DNA from: Ophelia neglecta
Taxonomy: Eukaryota
Length of the DNA stretch: 64,000 bases
Direction: 5' to 3'
Assembly (NCBI GenBank): GCA_965285935.1
Contig: OZ260661.1
Coordinates: 124,496,001 to 124,560,000, forward strand
Shown here in pieces: positions 26,401-39,900 of this stretch; the stretch's first letter is position 1; each line of letters begins with the position of its first letter. A program made the position numbers and the translations under genes. The notes under the pieces are model-generated. The model searched no databases, was not told where the DNA came from, and saw only the letters and a list, made by a program, of their open reading frames with translations.

Positions 26401-27653
26401 AATTGTATGGTGAGAAGTAAATAGCTGGGTTAGACAGGTAGGAGAAGAGAACACTCATCAATTATTCTTTAAAACAAGACATTAGTAACTTGTAGGCTGG
26501 CAGGTAAGGACTCTGGGGTAGTCATGACATCCTGAAAAGTATCGGAGATGAATGGGCTAGAGCCTGACAGAAGGAGAGGGGATTGGGCTGGGCCAGGCTG
26601 GGAGACGGCCAGACAAGAGGGGAGGGTGGGTTTGGCAGGAGACTCAGCTGGGCAGCAAGAGAGGAGGGGAGGGGTTTGTTGGGCCAGGTCAAAGCCAGTT
26701 AGGAGGGGAGGGGTAGGCTGGCCTGGGATACAGCCAGAAAGGAGTGGTCCAGCTTTCTCCTTCATCACAAGAACCATTCACTACACCTTTTGATAAAAAC
26801 TACAGGTGTTTATGTATGTGAGTGCAAGGTCAATTAACATAACACAAGCTGACCTATGGCAGAGGTCTCACTCCGCTCAATACATTTCATTCACTTTCAT
26901 ATTAAATGTCACAGAGTTATGACCAATTTAAGTGATATTGCATGCTACATTTAATAACAATTCCCAACTTGAGAAGCCTGTATTCAATGGATGTACAAAT
27001 CCTACATCTAAATGTTATTGTGACAGGCCAGACTGGGGTCTCATGTGAATGAGATTTATGGCCTAGATGGACAGGCCTTAGCTACAGCACCACAATGGTA
27101 CAGCAATAACTTGTGATGTTTATAGATTTACAGCATTGGGAGCAATATTACCAGTCTCTAGATGATGATAATGGTCCACCAGTATCTATAAGGAGAGCCT
27201 GTTATCACATTAATATGGTATGTGTCTTGGGAGGTCAGGAGAATACATGTACATTAACTTAACCACCAGGCCTTCCCTTGGCACTTCTGTGTAGGATAGT
27301 CTTATAAAAACTAGGCCATTGAGGTCAGGTCATCATGTGTGTAGATCATGTAGATCAATCATTCAGTTTTAGAGGAAATGCACTGCATCATCCTGATAAA
27401 AATGTAACTGGCCTGCTATTATACAGCATTAAATCATATTATAGTATGATTGCATCATATATTTGGGAGCAGACCAAACCTCCTGGGACCAGCCTCAGGC
27501 CATTACAGTCATAAAGTCTGGCAGCAGAAACAAGGCGCCAGGCCAAAAAATACATACATATTTAATTGACCCCTATAAAGGTCTAATTTTGCGGACACAG
27601 CCATGCCAAATTATACTGTTGCATGGCACTTGCATATTAGATGTTAAGTCCTG

Positions 27654-27667
27654 GTTACCATGACAAC
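27654..27667. promoter_or_regulatory. RFX X-box candidate
   Basis: GTTACCATGACAAC within the longer imperfect palindrome CTGGTTACCATGACAACCAG. Confidence 0.4.
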
Positions 27668-28254
27668 CAGAATCTTGTTTTATGAGCATTTTTGATGGTG
27701 AAGCTCACTGTAGATAATGTCCAGATTCTCACATATAGTAGTGGTACTGCCTTTAACCAGTGCCAAAAGAAGAATTGTTTTTCAAAAAGACAAATGCTGG
27801 TTTTAACTAGATGAGACTTTTTTTAATTATTAATTTGCACAACATACATGTGTCTAACCAGACCCCTCTTTTTTGCCAGGAAACATATCAGGAACAAGAC
27901 TAAATGTTGTTCTCACAATACAAACCACTTGTAATATATCTAACGCTGAGCAATCGGGGGCGCTTTGAATATTTGATAAGAAAACACCTGCATTGGAATG
28001 ATATGCTTAACATGTACTGTACATGTTTAGTTACACAGATATTTAAGGGATGCACCTAAAAGCTAGCAGGCAGGCCACAAATAATTCATATTGTGTTCTA
28101 CTTTCAAGGTTAATTTGCTCTGTACAGTTATTTAAATTGGACTTGCTCCATGTGTACATTTGGATTATGTAGATTCCATTCTCATTGAAGCCTTCCAGAG
28201 GCCTATGTGGCTTGTGTAATCACCACACCAAGCGAATATATATCAGTCACCATG

Positions 28255-28356
28255 TCCCCAGACCCCCCAGTCCCCTCGGTCCCCCTCAGTCTCCCCAGTC
28301 CCCCTCAGTCCTCCCCCCCTCAATCCCCCTCTCAGTCCCCCCAAGTCCCCTCAGTG
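28255..28356. repeat. C-rich low-complexity repeat (CCCCTCAGT-like)
   Basis: Repeated CCCC-(TC)AGT units; the G-rich opposite strand could form a G-quadruplex. Confidence 0.75.
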
Positions 28357-31300
28357 TCTCTACACTATGTCTTAGGTCTCTTTGTGTAAGTTTCTGGCAT
28401 GAGACCTTTTCATATGTCAAGTATGATAATCTGGTTTCATAATATTCTAATCCAGTTTGATGGTCTAATCAGATTACAGACAATCTACTAATGAGCCAAT
28501 CAGGCATGTTAGACATCTAATTAGATGTCCAGAAGATAAGATTATGACTTATAATGTAATTAACAGTTAATAACCAAGGTTGTGTAATTTGGCAGAATCA
28601 GAAGAGTTCAAGCTGCCTGTGTGGCCCCTTAGAGACATTCCTTTACATTTGAACTGTTAACCTGAAGTCTACTGTTAGTTTTATTTTTGCCCATTTCACA
28701 CCAATTGAGAAGCAGACATTGTAGAGTGCTCCCTGGGTTATCATGGCCTGTGATGTACAAGTGTTAGCAAATTGAGCTACTTTCTGAGTTTGGGTGGTTA
28801 CATTTGAATGTTAGAACGTGGAAGTGTTTTCCGGGTGTGGGGAGGCAGGGGAGCCAGTTGGTGAAGCCTTCTCAGCTGCTGGGAGCAGGTGAACTTGTAG
28901 TGAACCTTCCATCAGTTTAAACCCCCACACATTAACATGCCCAGCACAACTCTCCCTTGAGTGCCTGTAGAGTTTATCTGTTAACTTTACCCAGCATTCT
29001 ACAGATATTTGCCTCCTTCTTTTACCTTTGTACAAGCCTATAAGCTGTGTGAATGCTAATTAACACATGGTTTCAGGAACTTGTTGGTGACCATTTTACA
29101 CTAATGTCTGTATTTTCTTACAGATTACTGTTGAGAGGTGAGGAGTTTTATATTTTCACCCAGAAATCGTATTCCACTTCAAGTATAAATGGCCTGTTTT
29201 ACAGAGGAACAAGCCATATTGGCTTTCTTGGCCAGCTTTGTGAACTGTTCGATGAGACATCATCAAAGCCCTGGCGAAGAATGTCCAAGTAATGGAGCAT
29301 GACATGGAGCCAACAGGAAAGAATGTTTACATGGATGCTTTTGTAGGCTTCATATTTTCCATATCAGCTAAGTCTGGTTCAGTGCTATATGAGACATCTG
29401 GGTGTGTATTAGTGACCAGATCAGCTGTGGATTTGTACAAATAACTGACATGGGTCATCTACGCTGACCAGCTGTTTAGAAATGCATTACTTTATGCATA
29501 CACCAGATAGACTGGGTGTTAACGGGATACCACAGATGCTTGACATACACACGTGTGGTATTATCCACTTCTAGGCTGTTAGTAGCAGGCTTTATCACTG
29601 GCACTTTAAACACGATCCCCTTGGTGCTCTGTGACAATAATCTCTAGAGGTATGAACTATGATGGGAATGACTCCATGTCCCCTTGAACCTCAGACTGAC
29701 AGCAGGCACTGCCCCTTAGTTACAACATACAAAATGAAAAACTCAATTTAAAACATGATTAATTTCTTATTTGTGGAAGAACATTGCAGTTTTTACTGTC
29801 TTAATTTAAAAGATAAGTTAATGATTAGCATCGGTGCCATTTACTGATGTCATTTACCTCATTTAGATCTGTCTAAATCAGCACTTTCAGTTTGGCAGGC
29901 CGGCATATTGAGTGATGTAAGCTTGCCTGTGTTCATGATTTGTGTATCAAATCCTCTGTGAGCCACACTTCTCCAGGTGTAAGCAGTAAGTAAGCTCTTG
30001 TCTGACAGTATTTGCCTCACTAGATTTGGATGTATGGTACATTAGATCTTCCATTACAATAATGCCTTTCCCAAGCTGTCCTGCTGGGTCTCATCACTAC
30101 AGGACTAGGCCCACAGATTACCAGATATTACCACCCGGCACCCCTGCCTAGCTGCCACCCACCACCTGCCTGTCACCCACAGCCCTCACTCAACCACCAG
30201 CTCTAGTACACCAGGATGCCTTGTCCAGACATACTTTAACACTGTGTCTGGGTGATGCACCCCCCAAATTTACATGTTATCTTCTACATGGACCAATTTA
30301 AGTTTACCTTTAGCCTGGGTTAAGGTTCAAGAGACACTAATACTTCCTACTCTGAGGTATTTATTAGATGTTTTTTGTGGCTGGTCCTTGGTATCTGTTG
30401 ATATCAAAATCAGTTTGATCTGTGAATGACCTTCCCAGTTGATAATGGAGCCTGGATGGTGAACATAGCTTTCTGTACCCTGACTGCAATCTCTCCTACT
30501 CCATGGCCATTACCTCAGCTTCAGTCTGATGTAGCTGTCCCCTCTCTGGCTCACCCAACCTGCCAGTGGTCTGTAATGAGTTTCTGTGTCTATCAGCAGC
30601 CAATCTGGCTCGCCTATCAAATCTCATCATTTAGGTGTGGCAAATATATCTCTGTGTATTATATTGAGACTTGAGTAACTCAGATTCTGAGCATCTCAGT
30701 TTCTGAGTATCAAGGTTTAGACCATTAGAGTGTCTAGACAGGGACAAAAAATAAACAACATGTAAACTAAGTCGAAACAGAAAAAAACTTGTGCAAGTAG
30801 TATTGATACTTGTTTGTAATAGTTATGCTACTTACAGACAAGATAAAGCTAAATTACGGCAATTGATGAAGAAATTGAGGTAAAATTGGACCACAATGAT
30901 TCAGTTATATAGCTGGCATCAGAAAGATTTGTAATCAGAAGTGTATTAGAAAATGTTTGTGTTGAATTGGCATGAGGGGGCCTGTTTCTCATGGGAGGTC
31001 AGCACAGAGGCTGGGTTGGTCACAGATTTGTTTTCTTTCACAGTGTTTCATTGTACTTCATGTGATCAAATATGACAGTTAAATACCTTCATTAAATTTG
31101 ATTTTCATGACCTAAACCCTCCCCACAGCAGGGAGTGAATTCCCCATTTACAACCTTCCAGTTAAAACGAAACCCTTCCCTTCTTCCTCCTTTTCTTATC
31201 CAGGAGGGGATGTCCCATTCACTCCCTATAATAAAGGCTCCCTCTCTCTTTTCAATAAATCTGCACTAGCCTTAATGGTGTTAGATACAGGGTTGTACAG

Positions 31301-33944
31301 TCGAAATCCTGTCTCCAGTATTTGTACATCATGAATATGCAAAAATAAAGTGCCACACCGTCATCATTCTTACCAGTGATATCATATACTGTCTGTCACC
31401 TATAATGAATTGCCCTAGTATATTATAAACAGCCATTGTGATCATCCATTTGCCAGTTTTAACTCTTCACAAATGAACAGTTCAGAGTCCATGTATCACA
31501 CTGAGCTGCACACGTCTTTGTTTACATTACCTGTTGTTTTCTTTATATTTACCTTGATGTTTACTTCTCTGTATGACACTTGTTTACATTTCTGTTTATC
31601 AGCTCTCATCAAATCAACAACCAAAGACTCACCAGAAGGCTGTGAACTTTTGACCAGTGGCAAACAAGTCTTACTGTAATGGGCTGTCCAGTCCCCATTG
31701 ATACTGTACATTTCAATCAATATGGTTAGATTGCTATCACCAAATCTCATATATAGCAGCTCATAGTTAATATAGCCACTTCTAGTCATATCTGTCTTGT
31801 GATCAGATAATATCCAAGGTTTAACATGTACGTCTGTGTAAGAATTGAACTTAAACAAAGCATGTTTTCAACTTTGGGTCAATTTGGAAAAAGCATTGTC
31901 AATGTGGAAAAAGCTGATTGTCAGGGAGCTTTTAAAATGGTTGTTACACCTTCATTACCTGGACAGGAACAATGGAAATGTCATTAAAGTATATTATTTT
32001 TTTCACTAACAATACATAAAGGGGCTTTGTGGTGATAAATGACATTTTTATGGAAGTTCAACTCTGTGTTTTGTTGCTTTTACTGATCAATTTATTCTAC
32101 AGCTTTCTCCCTTTTTCACAAGTTTCTCCCCAGGGTGTTGTTAAGATGCAGTTGGTTAGGGAAGTCATAGTTGTTAATGACAGAGCTCATGGGAATGTAG
32201 CCACTGAGGTGATATGTTAGGCTAATAGTCAAATGATTAAATGATGGGAACGAGCAGATAGGTACTGATGGTATTGGCAGCCAATGGAATCTTAAGTTTA
32301 CCATTCATAAATAAAGGTGAAATCTTTAAAGTGAGTTTCATTGGTTTTGATGTGAAACTTCTTATTAGCTGATGTTAAATTGGCCTTTAATAACAGATTA
32401 TTTTTTTTCACAATGATAGAACTTTTTGTATTATGTTCATAGAATTTTTGTTTTTTTTTACAGTAAGGTTAATGACCTGACAATTTTGTTTTGGAGTATA
32501 ATAGGAATCACTAGGCATTCATAAAACCCTACCCCAGCCTGGTGAAATCGTGCTTACCCAAGGCTTAATACAATCATTTTGAAAAGAAATGGTCGATAAG
32601 GCATAAATAAAGTCATCTAGTGGTGGTTTGTGGTAGTTAAGTCGAAAATATGTGTTTGATAGCTAAGCTCTGAAGTGGAAGGGCTTTTTCATGGCCATCA
32701 TTTATAGACGTTAGACAAATAAAAACTCCATGATTCACAACAGCCTGGCATTGGTTGTGACTGGACAAGGGTTCCACACGTCAGTGTAAATTCATAGCCC
32801 ACTTACAAGGCAGTTGTGCGGAAATGGAACCAACTTTTTACGCCCACCCAAAACATTTGAAAACTAAGTGATGTTTTGAAACAGACGGATGTGTTTACAA
32901 ATGGAGAGAAAAGGAAGCCCTGTCACTGTGAATATGAAAAGTGTCTAATCTATGAATAGCCTTGAACAAATAAATCAGAATTGACTTGCATGGAAAGTAA
33001 ATAAAGATAAACTGGTTTTCTGAGCTGTAGTGTCCTGCTGATCCATGCCGGCTTGAATATGGTCACAAACTAGTATTAGCACTGTGTACAGAACATGCAG
33101 AAATGCTGAGATGCTGTCCAATGCTGGTGTTCCTGGTGATGACCCAGAGATGCACTCATGGAGCAGGCCTTATTATTGCATGTTATGGCCCTGTAATGAC
33201 CCGTGCTCCATTCTGTGCCTCCAATTAGGGCCCTTGGGTGCACATCTTCAATGCCAATGAACATCTGAGCCACACAGGACCCCTGAGGCTGCATAGGGTT
33301 GGCACGAGTAGAGGGGGCATGGGGCTCTTGGGTCACTGCCTAATAAACTTGTTCTGGGACAAAATATAGACTTAAGAAATACATTTGGGCTTTCCATTGT
33401 TCATTAAGACGTGTCCCTATAATATATATTCCTATTTCTATTGTTCTTGCTTTCTTCTTCCCTCTGGCCTTCCCATCCTTGCCCACCCTTACTCCCTAAC
33501 CTGCCCACCTTTGCTCTTCAGCCTTCCTCTCCTCCATTCTCTTGATGGTTACCCTGTAATGTAATGCCTGTTGTGTAGCTGGGTTGTTAGTGGTGTTTTC
33601 TATGACCACACAGATCAATGGTCCTGATTGAGACTAGCCCTCACTACAATAGACCCCTTCCTGTACCAGCCTGGTATCCTGTAGTATTCTTGGAAGGACA
33701 ATAGGAGTCAATTTACTCCCTGTGATTGCTGAACACCTTCTTGTCTCAGGACTCTAAAAATACCATTAGTAAGCATTGGTTCTTGTGACAGGATATTGTC
33801 AAAGTGACCATATAGAATCCTTTTATGTCTGGCATCATAGGTGTTGAATTGTTGAGCTGCTACTTTGCCACAATGTTTGCATCTCAGAATCCTCAGAGAA
33901 CCAGTCTCTATCTTTATATTTCTTTCATGTATGTGACTGGAGTT

Positions 33945-34530
33945 GCTTGTAGCCACCTGGTGTTGCCTATATGTGCCTGGTATCACCTGTAGCTACCTTG
34001 TATCATGTGTAGCTACCTGGTGTCGCCTGTAGCCAACTGATGATGCCGACATATGCCTTGTGATGCCTGTAGCTTTCTGGGGTGGCCTGTATGTGCCTGG
34101 CATCACCTCTATGTGCCTGGTGTTGCCTGTATGCTATACCTGGTGTTACATGTAGCCTCCTGGTGTTGCCTGTAAGCACCTAGTGTGGTATCTCCTGTAA
34201 GTGCCTGGGGTTGCCTATTTGAACCTTATGTTGCCTGTAGTCACATGGTGTCCCCTGTTTGTGCCTGGAATCTGTCGCCTGTAGCCACCTGGTGTGGCTT
34301 GTATGTGCCTAGTGTGGCCTGTAAGTGCCTGGTGTTGCCTGTAGCCACCTTGTGTCACCTGTAGCCCACTGGTGTTGTCTGTATGTACTTGCTGTCCTGC
34401 CACCCTTATCAGCCTGTCGTGGCCTGTAATCCAGCTGACATGGCTTGTGGCAACTGGTGTTGCCTCCATGCACTTGGTGTTGCCTGTAGCCTCCTGGTGT
34501 GGCCTGTATGCACCAGGCCTGTATGTGACC
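33945..34530. repeat. Degenerate ~20-bp minisatellite (GCCTGTAGCCACCTGGTGTT-like)
   Basis: More than 20 diverged units alternating CCTGTA and CCTGGTG words. Confidence 0.8.
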
Positions 34531-35337
34531 TGGGTTTTATTGATAGATTATCTCTGGCCTTCTGAGTTAGTTTCGAGTGTTTTGCTCAATCTGAGAACGT
34601 AGAGATTTTGTTCAATGTAATCTACTTGGCTTGGGTCCCGGTTCTGCCTATTTCCGTCCAAGTCCAATGATGTAACGTCTGGAGGCTTAGGTATTGATCG
34701 CTTCCAAAGGTTTCCTTGGCAGTCACTGGCTGCACTCTCTTGGTGTAAAATAACATTGGCCATTTCCTCATAGGGTAAATCTGCTCTTAAATGAAGATAA
34801 TGAGTATGGTATTTGAGGTTGCTGCTTCAATCATGTGGGAAAACTGCCAGAAGACTGGCCTTTTTTTGGATATCAGCATTACTAACAATTTTGAATTTAT
34901 CTATACACATCAAAGGAAATATGTGTGTATTATAAAATAAACAGTTTTTTTTCGCACCAGGTATGTACCAGTAGTTTATTTTGTTGATGTTTTCAGTAAG
35001 GATACTTGTCCCCCCCCCCTCCCCCCCACCTTTTTAATGAAAAGTGGCCAGATATGTTTTTGGGCTTCTCTGTGGTGCACCACAGAAAAAAATGATCTGT
35101 AACCCAAGCAGTGGTTTGACCCAAGGGGACAGTTTAGCCCCCATGGTGCCTCAAGGCTTGAGAATTGTAACTGAGATGGTGATGAGGACAGCTATGGCAC
35201 ATTTCTATAGCCTGTATAATGTACTGATTATTAAATAATTAAGGTCTCAAACAAAACTATCATACTTGGTGCTGCAAAACATTTGTATATCTAATAGAGA
35301 AAAAAAAAGACCAAATAAGCATGGCCTGATTATCTCT

Positions 35338-35369
35338 GGGGGGGGGGGGGGGGGAGGGGGGGGGGGGGG
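35338..35369. repeat. Poly-G tract (32 nt, one A)
   Basis: Direct observation. Confidence 0.95.
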
Positions 35370-36913
35370 TTAAAAGTATTTTGTAATCAAAGTGTGCAAG
35401 AAAATGTGTTATGACATTTTCTAAGCAATAGAAGTTCTTTTTGTGGTTGTTAGAGCTGTAACTAATATTTGGTGCATGGAAGTAAAAGAAAGCCTATGCT
35501 ACGTTTCAAATGGTGATGTCGGATTAGAGCTTCTAAAGTCAAATCTACAGAAAATAGGCAATAAATTGCGAACTATTTCAGATGGAATTTTCTTGGCAAA
35601 CAAGTGTAACTTTTCTATTTACCCAATTTAATAGAAATGTATTGGGAGCTCATAGATTGTGATGCATCTGGAGGACTAAGTGGAAAAAAGGTTTAATAGG
35701 TTTTTATGGAAGTTAATTAGGCAGACAGGGACATAATGACTGTTTATTAATAGCTGGGAGTCGGTTTTTCTAATTGGTCATTTTTTTGTTACTCAGTCCA
35801 AATATCCTGAACTGTTGAATTTGTTTACAGTACATTGCACCGGATATGGGATGTATACCAAAACATCCTTGTTTATCACCAGATAAATGTCAATTTCCAG
35901 GAAAATCCCTGGATTATCAGTGCTAATCATCTGAATTATACCTATTTATTATATCCATGTTTAAGGCAGGTTGTTATTACTAGGAATTTGATGAACAATA
36001 TTTTCTTAGCTGCTCCAAAACATAGAAATGATCATGTAAAAATAATATGAATGATGAGGGCAGTAGTTAAGATTATCATCAATAACTGCAGGGACCTTTG
36101 TGTGGGGGGCTATTAGTGGCAATTCAACATCAGTGCACATGCTGAAAGCAACTTATTTTTGCCCATTAAAACATAAAAGCTGTATGAATCATTGAGCCTT
36201 CAAACCAGGCTGATTATAGGCATGTTGAAGGTTGTGAATGGAAATATGCTGGCTTCTCTTTTTTTTTTAGGATTTTAGTAATTAGTGATCACTGATTAGG
36301 CCTAGTTGCTGTCATTGGAAATCATGGATTCTTAGGGTTGATCAGCTTGACTGCTGTTCCCATCAATCTCAGCAGGCAGCATTACAATGGACCGGCCTTT
36401 GAGCCAACTGTAGTTAATTGTTAATTGTTAGCTAAATTAAGCTTGTAAGCAAATTAGTAACTTATATAGGAGGTGTATTGGAAGAGTGGGGACATTTTGG
36501 GAAGATATTTTAATTAAAAGTTTGTTTCATATTTCACAATCAGACACCATTTAAGTAATTGGTAAGCTTGTATGGTATAAGAATGTGAGTTGGATGTAAT
36601 TACTTGTAATCAAAGCTAATAATTACTCCAGGTTTCCTTCTGCCTGTAGTTAGTTATCAAACCAAGAATTAAAATGCCTTAAATAATGCAGAACACACTA
36701 TAAGGGTATAAATCATATTGCACAAGATTCCATAATGCTTAGAATATCAGACCAGTTTGTCTTTGGCTACTTAGTAAAAGGTGTCTTACAAAGCTTGGAT
36801 TTTTTCTGACAGGAGTGTTTGACAGAAACAGAAAACATGTTTGAAATGGTATGACTATTTGACAGACATAGTTTCAGAGAAGCCTAGCAGAGGGAGGGTA
36901 GTGTTAATGACAC

Positions 36914-36995
36914 TGGGCTGGGTCAGGTGTGGTCAGGCTGGGTCAGGCTGGGTCAGGTGTGGTCAGGCTGGGTCAGGCTGGGTGAGGCTGGATCA
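36914..36995. repeat. 10-bp repeat (GGCTGGGTCA / GGTGTGGTCA) x~8
   Basis: Direct observation. Confidence 0.9.
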
Positions 36996-39900
36996 AGACA
37001 ATTGTATCCCAAGGAGAGAACAATGAGATGCTGGTGGTTCTTGGTGTGATGCCACAGTGTCTGGCCCTGTCCTGTCTGTTTACTGACAGTTTGTTATGAC
37101 ATGTTGGCAAAAATGGTCAGGGCCAAGAGCATTGCTGAGCTACAGTCCCCATTTGCAATGATGAATAAGGATCAGAGAGGGGTATTCCTCTAAGTGTATT
37201 GAATTATTCAGTACAATCTGAATTAAACAAACTTTCTCATTCCTTTTATTCAATCTGACTGTCGAGAAAGAGGCTGGTAATAGAGAGGTGATATTATTGA
37301 CCAGTCACATATTTATCCATGCCGTATTGACCAGTGTTATTGACCGTACATATGTTTGTTGTACTGACAGAGTGGAGCCGGCTGTTCAGTTCTACACACT
37401 CAGGTAATGTCTCTGTCTAGGTCATATATAATTGTGAACATTTGTCTGCGCTCCCCGGGGGGATTACTAGTATATTGATTGACCTCATTTCTGGGCCAGA
37501 CCGATTGTGTTTTCACAAAAGAACCCAGTTAGAAAATATTGTGGAAAAATAACATTGCCATTGTTGTTTGAAGCCAGCAAGCTTCGGTTGATAGTTATCT
37601 AGAATAGTTGTTTATTTTCTGTATAGAATGCATAGCATTTTGCCGCTTTAATTGTGAACTTTTCGTGCCTGATAGTGCCTAGCTGAAGCTCTATGGCCGC
37701 TGGCTAAGTTGGATTAATCAGGAATGAGGACATTTGAATGTAAAGGGCAGCACTTTACCCTGACACAAATGGCCATCACAGATCAGCGGCCCCTGTCTTT
37801 TAGGTGACTTTGACCTATGTTTATGATCCAGAGCATTCACTCAACATGTAAATAAATCTTGATTAGGCTGGTCATGTTGACTAGCGTGTCCACCCCTTAA
37901 CCCATGTCCACCCCTTAACCCGTGAGGTCAGTACATGGAGTGAGCAATTTGATGATTATAGACTAGAAATGTACATGTCAGCTTGTCTGGTGGGATCCAT
38001 GACTGGGGTTTGTAGAAGTGATTCATTGACATGAGAGAGTGACCAGGCTGTTAGAGCAGTCCGTGGGATATCAGCTGGTTGAGGGAGGCTTCACAGGAGG
38101 ACCAAATCCTTACTACTGGACATCAAATCATGTTTCAGGCAGACATGTTGTTTAATCAACAGGTCAGGCCTGCAAGGAACAATAATGTTAGTCCATATCT
38201 ATTATATTATATTTATGATGATTAGTACATTCCATTTTCACGTGTGTTAGTGTGTGTTATGTGTAATATTACAACCTTTGTGAAGCTCTGTCTCCAAACA
38301 GGACATTGGTTTGATCACCTGGACCTTTCACATCACACTACCCACAATCCCCAGCTTCCTTTTGGCACTGTTTTGTTTAAATTCTGTGGTTCTCCATATA
38401 CTGCATGTGGAACAAGCCACATTTGTTAAATGGTTTTCTCTTCTTTTTACGAATTTTTTATGGCTACAAAATGCACTTAAACGTTATTCAAAGAGTGTGT
38501 ATGCCTCTAAACGGGGAAACTTTAATGGCTGAGAATATGCTAGAGATATTTTACTGGCCACAGAAGTAGACAAGAATCCACTTTATAGTACTTGAGATAA
38601 GTTTGGAGTAAGTAAGCCTCAAGATTGCCAGGGCACTTGACCTGAACTCGTTCAGTAGGCCAGTTACTACAGTGGTGTATTGGTCAGAGCACTGCTGTGA
38701 AGAGCACAAATATAATATCTTGTTACTGCCGCAAAATATTTCGGTTTTCAAATGCCTTTTATTGGAGCTTGTTGGTGTGGTGTATATTTGGTGTTTGGAG
38801 TGTGTCATAGCAGCCCCTTCTGTCTGTGGTATTTGTTTAGTAAATAGTTCAGTAATTTCCTCCCTTCAGTACCTTGTCACCTCTGTAATTCTACAGTCTC
38901 TCTTTAGTGTGCCCTGTGACATAGTAGGTATAGACAAACAGGATATGCACTTTCTTCCAGCCACCCTGTCTGTCTTGGCCATGGCACATACTTGACAGTG
39001 CTGACTGTTTGAGCTGCCATTGTCAGAGGTGCGGGAGTGAGTCCAGCTATTTATCCTGCTTCAGGTCCATTGTAAACATTATCAATCCCAGCCACTATCC
39101 ACATGGCCTTTGATAGCACTTCACACTTACATTTTACATGTTGAAGATAGGCCTCAGTGCCATTAAACACATTTGCCTGTCCCCTTTAGTAGGCTTCAGT
39201 GCCGTCTGCTTACATGGCACTGGTTGCTTACATGGCACAGAGCCAATCGGGCTCCTGCACTTTATTTGAATGAACATTATGTCTTCATTTGTGGTTTTCT
39301 CAGAAAGGTGTATCTTTATGCTGTATTTACAGCTATCCATCAAGTTATTTGATCATATTTGATTTGTACTGCTTTCTCTGCACCAAGAGCTGTTGGTATT
39401 TGAATTTATGGACGATCACGAAATAATGATTGCTCCCTTCATGGATATTTATCATTGCTCACAGTTCTTGGCTCATACCATGGTCACACATGCCTGGAAG
39501 GCACTATAAACCTACTGCTTTCATGGACAACGCTTTCGAGGACATTACAGGAAAATGTCAATATTGTAAGGTGGGTTTTTTTCATTGTGAAATGGCCTTT
39601 TTGTCCTCTGCATGCCTAATCAGAATTACATTCATAAACGTAACGGTTACCGGTTCATGTATGTTGGATATTAATTTGATAATAAAGCCGTTGGCTGGAG
39701 ACATGTGAGGCAGCAGTACTGCACTTGTTGTGTTATGGCCCTCTGTGACCTGAGGGTAAGTCTGTCTGTATGTATGTCTGTATGTGTGTTACCGGTCTGA
39801 TGTAACACCTAACACCTGGACCTGACACTGGCAGACGACCAGGGCTGTGTTAATGATCACCTATAGCTTAACAAGCAGGGAGTCAGGTGCTCTACCAATG

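Noticed and set aside
33708-33986. Minus-strand ORF with CKHCGK (zinc-finger-like)
   Set aside because: Isolated CxxC without correctly spaced His residues; the ORF start lies in a degenerate repeat
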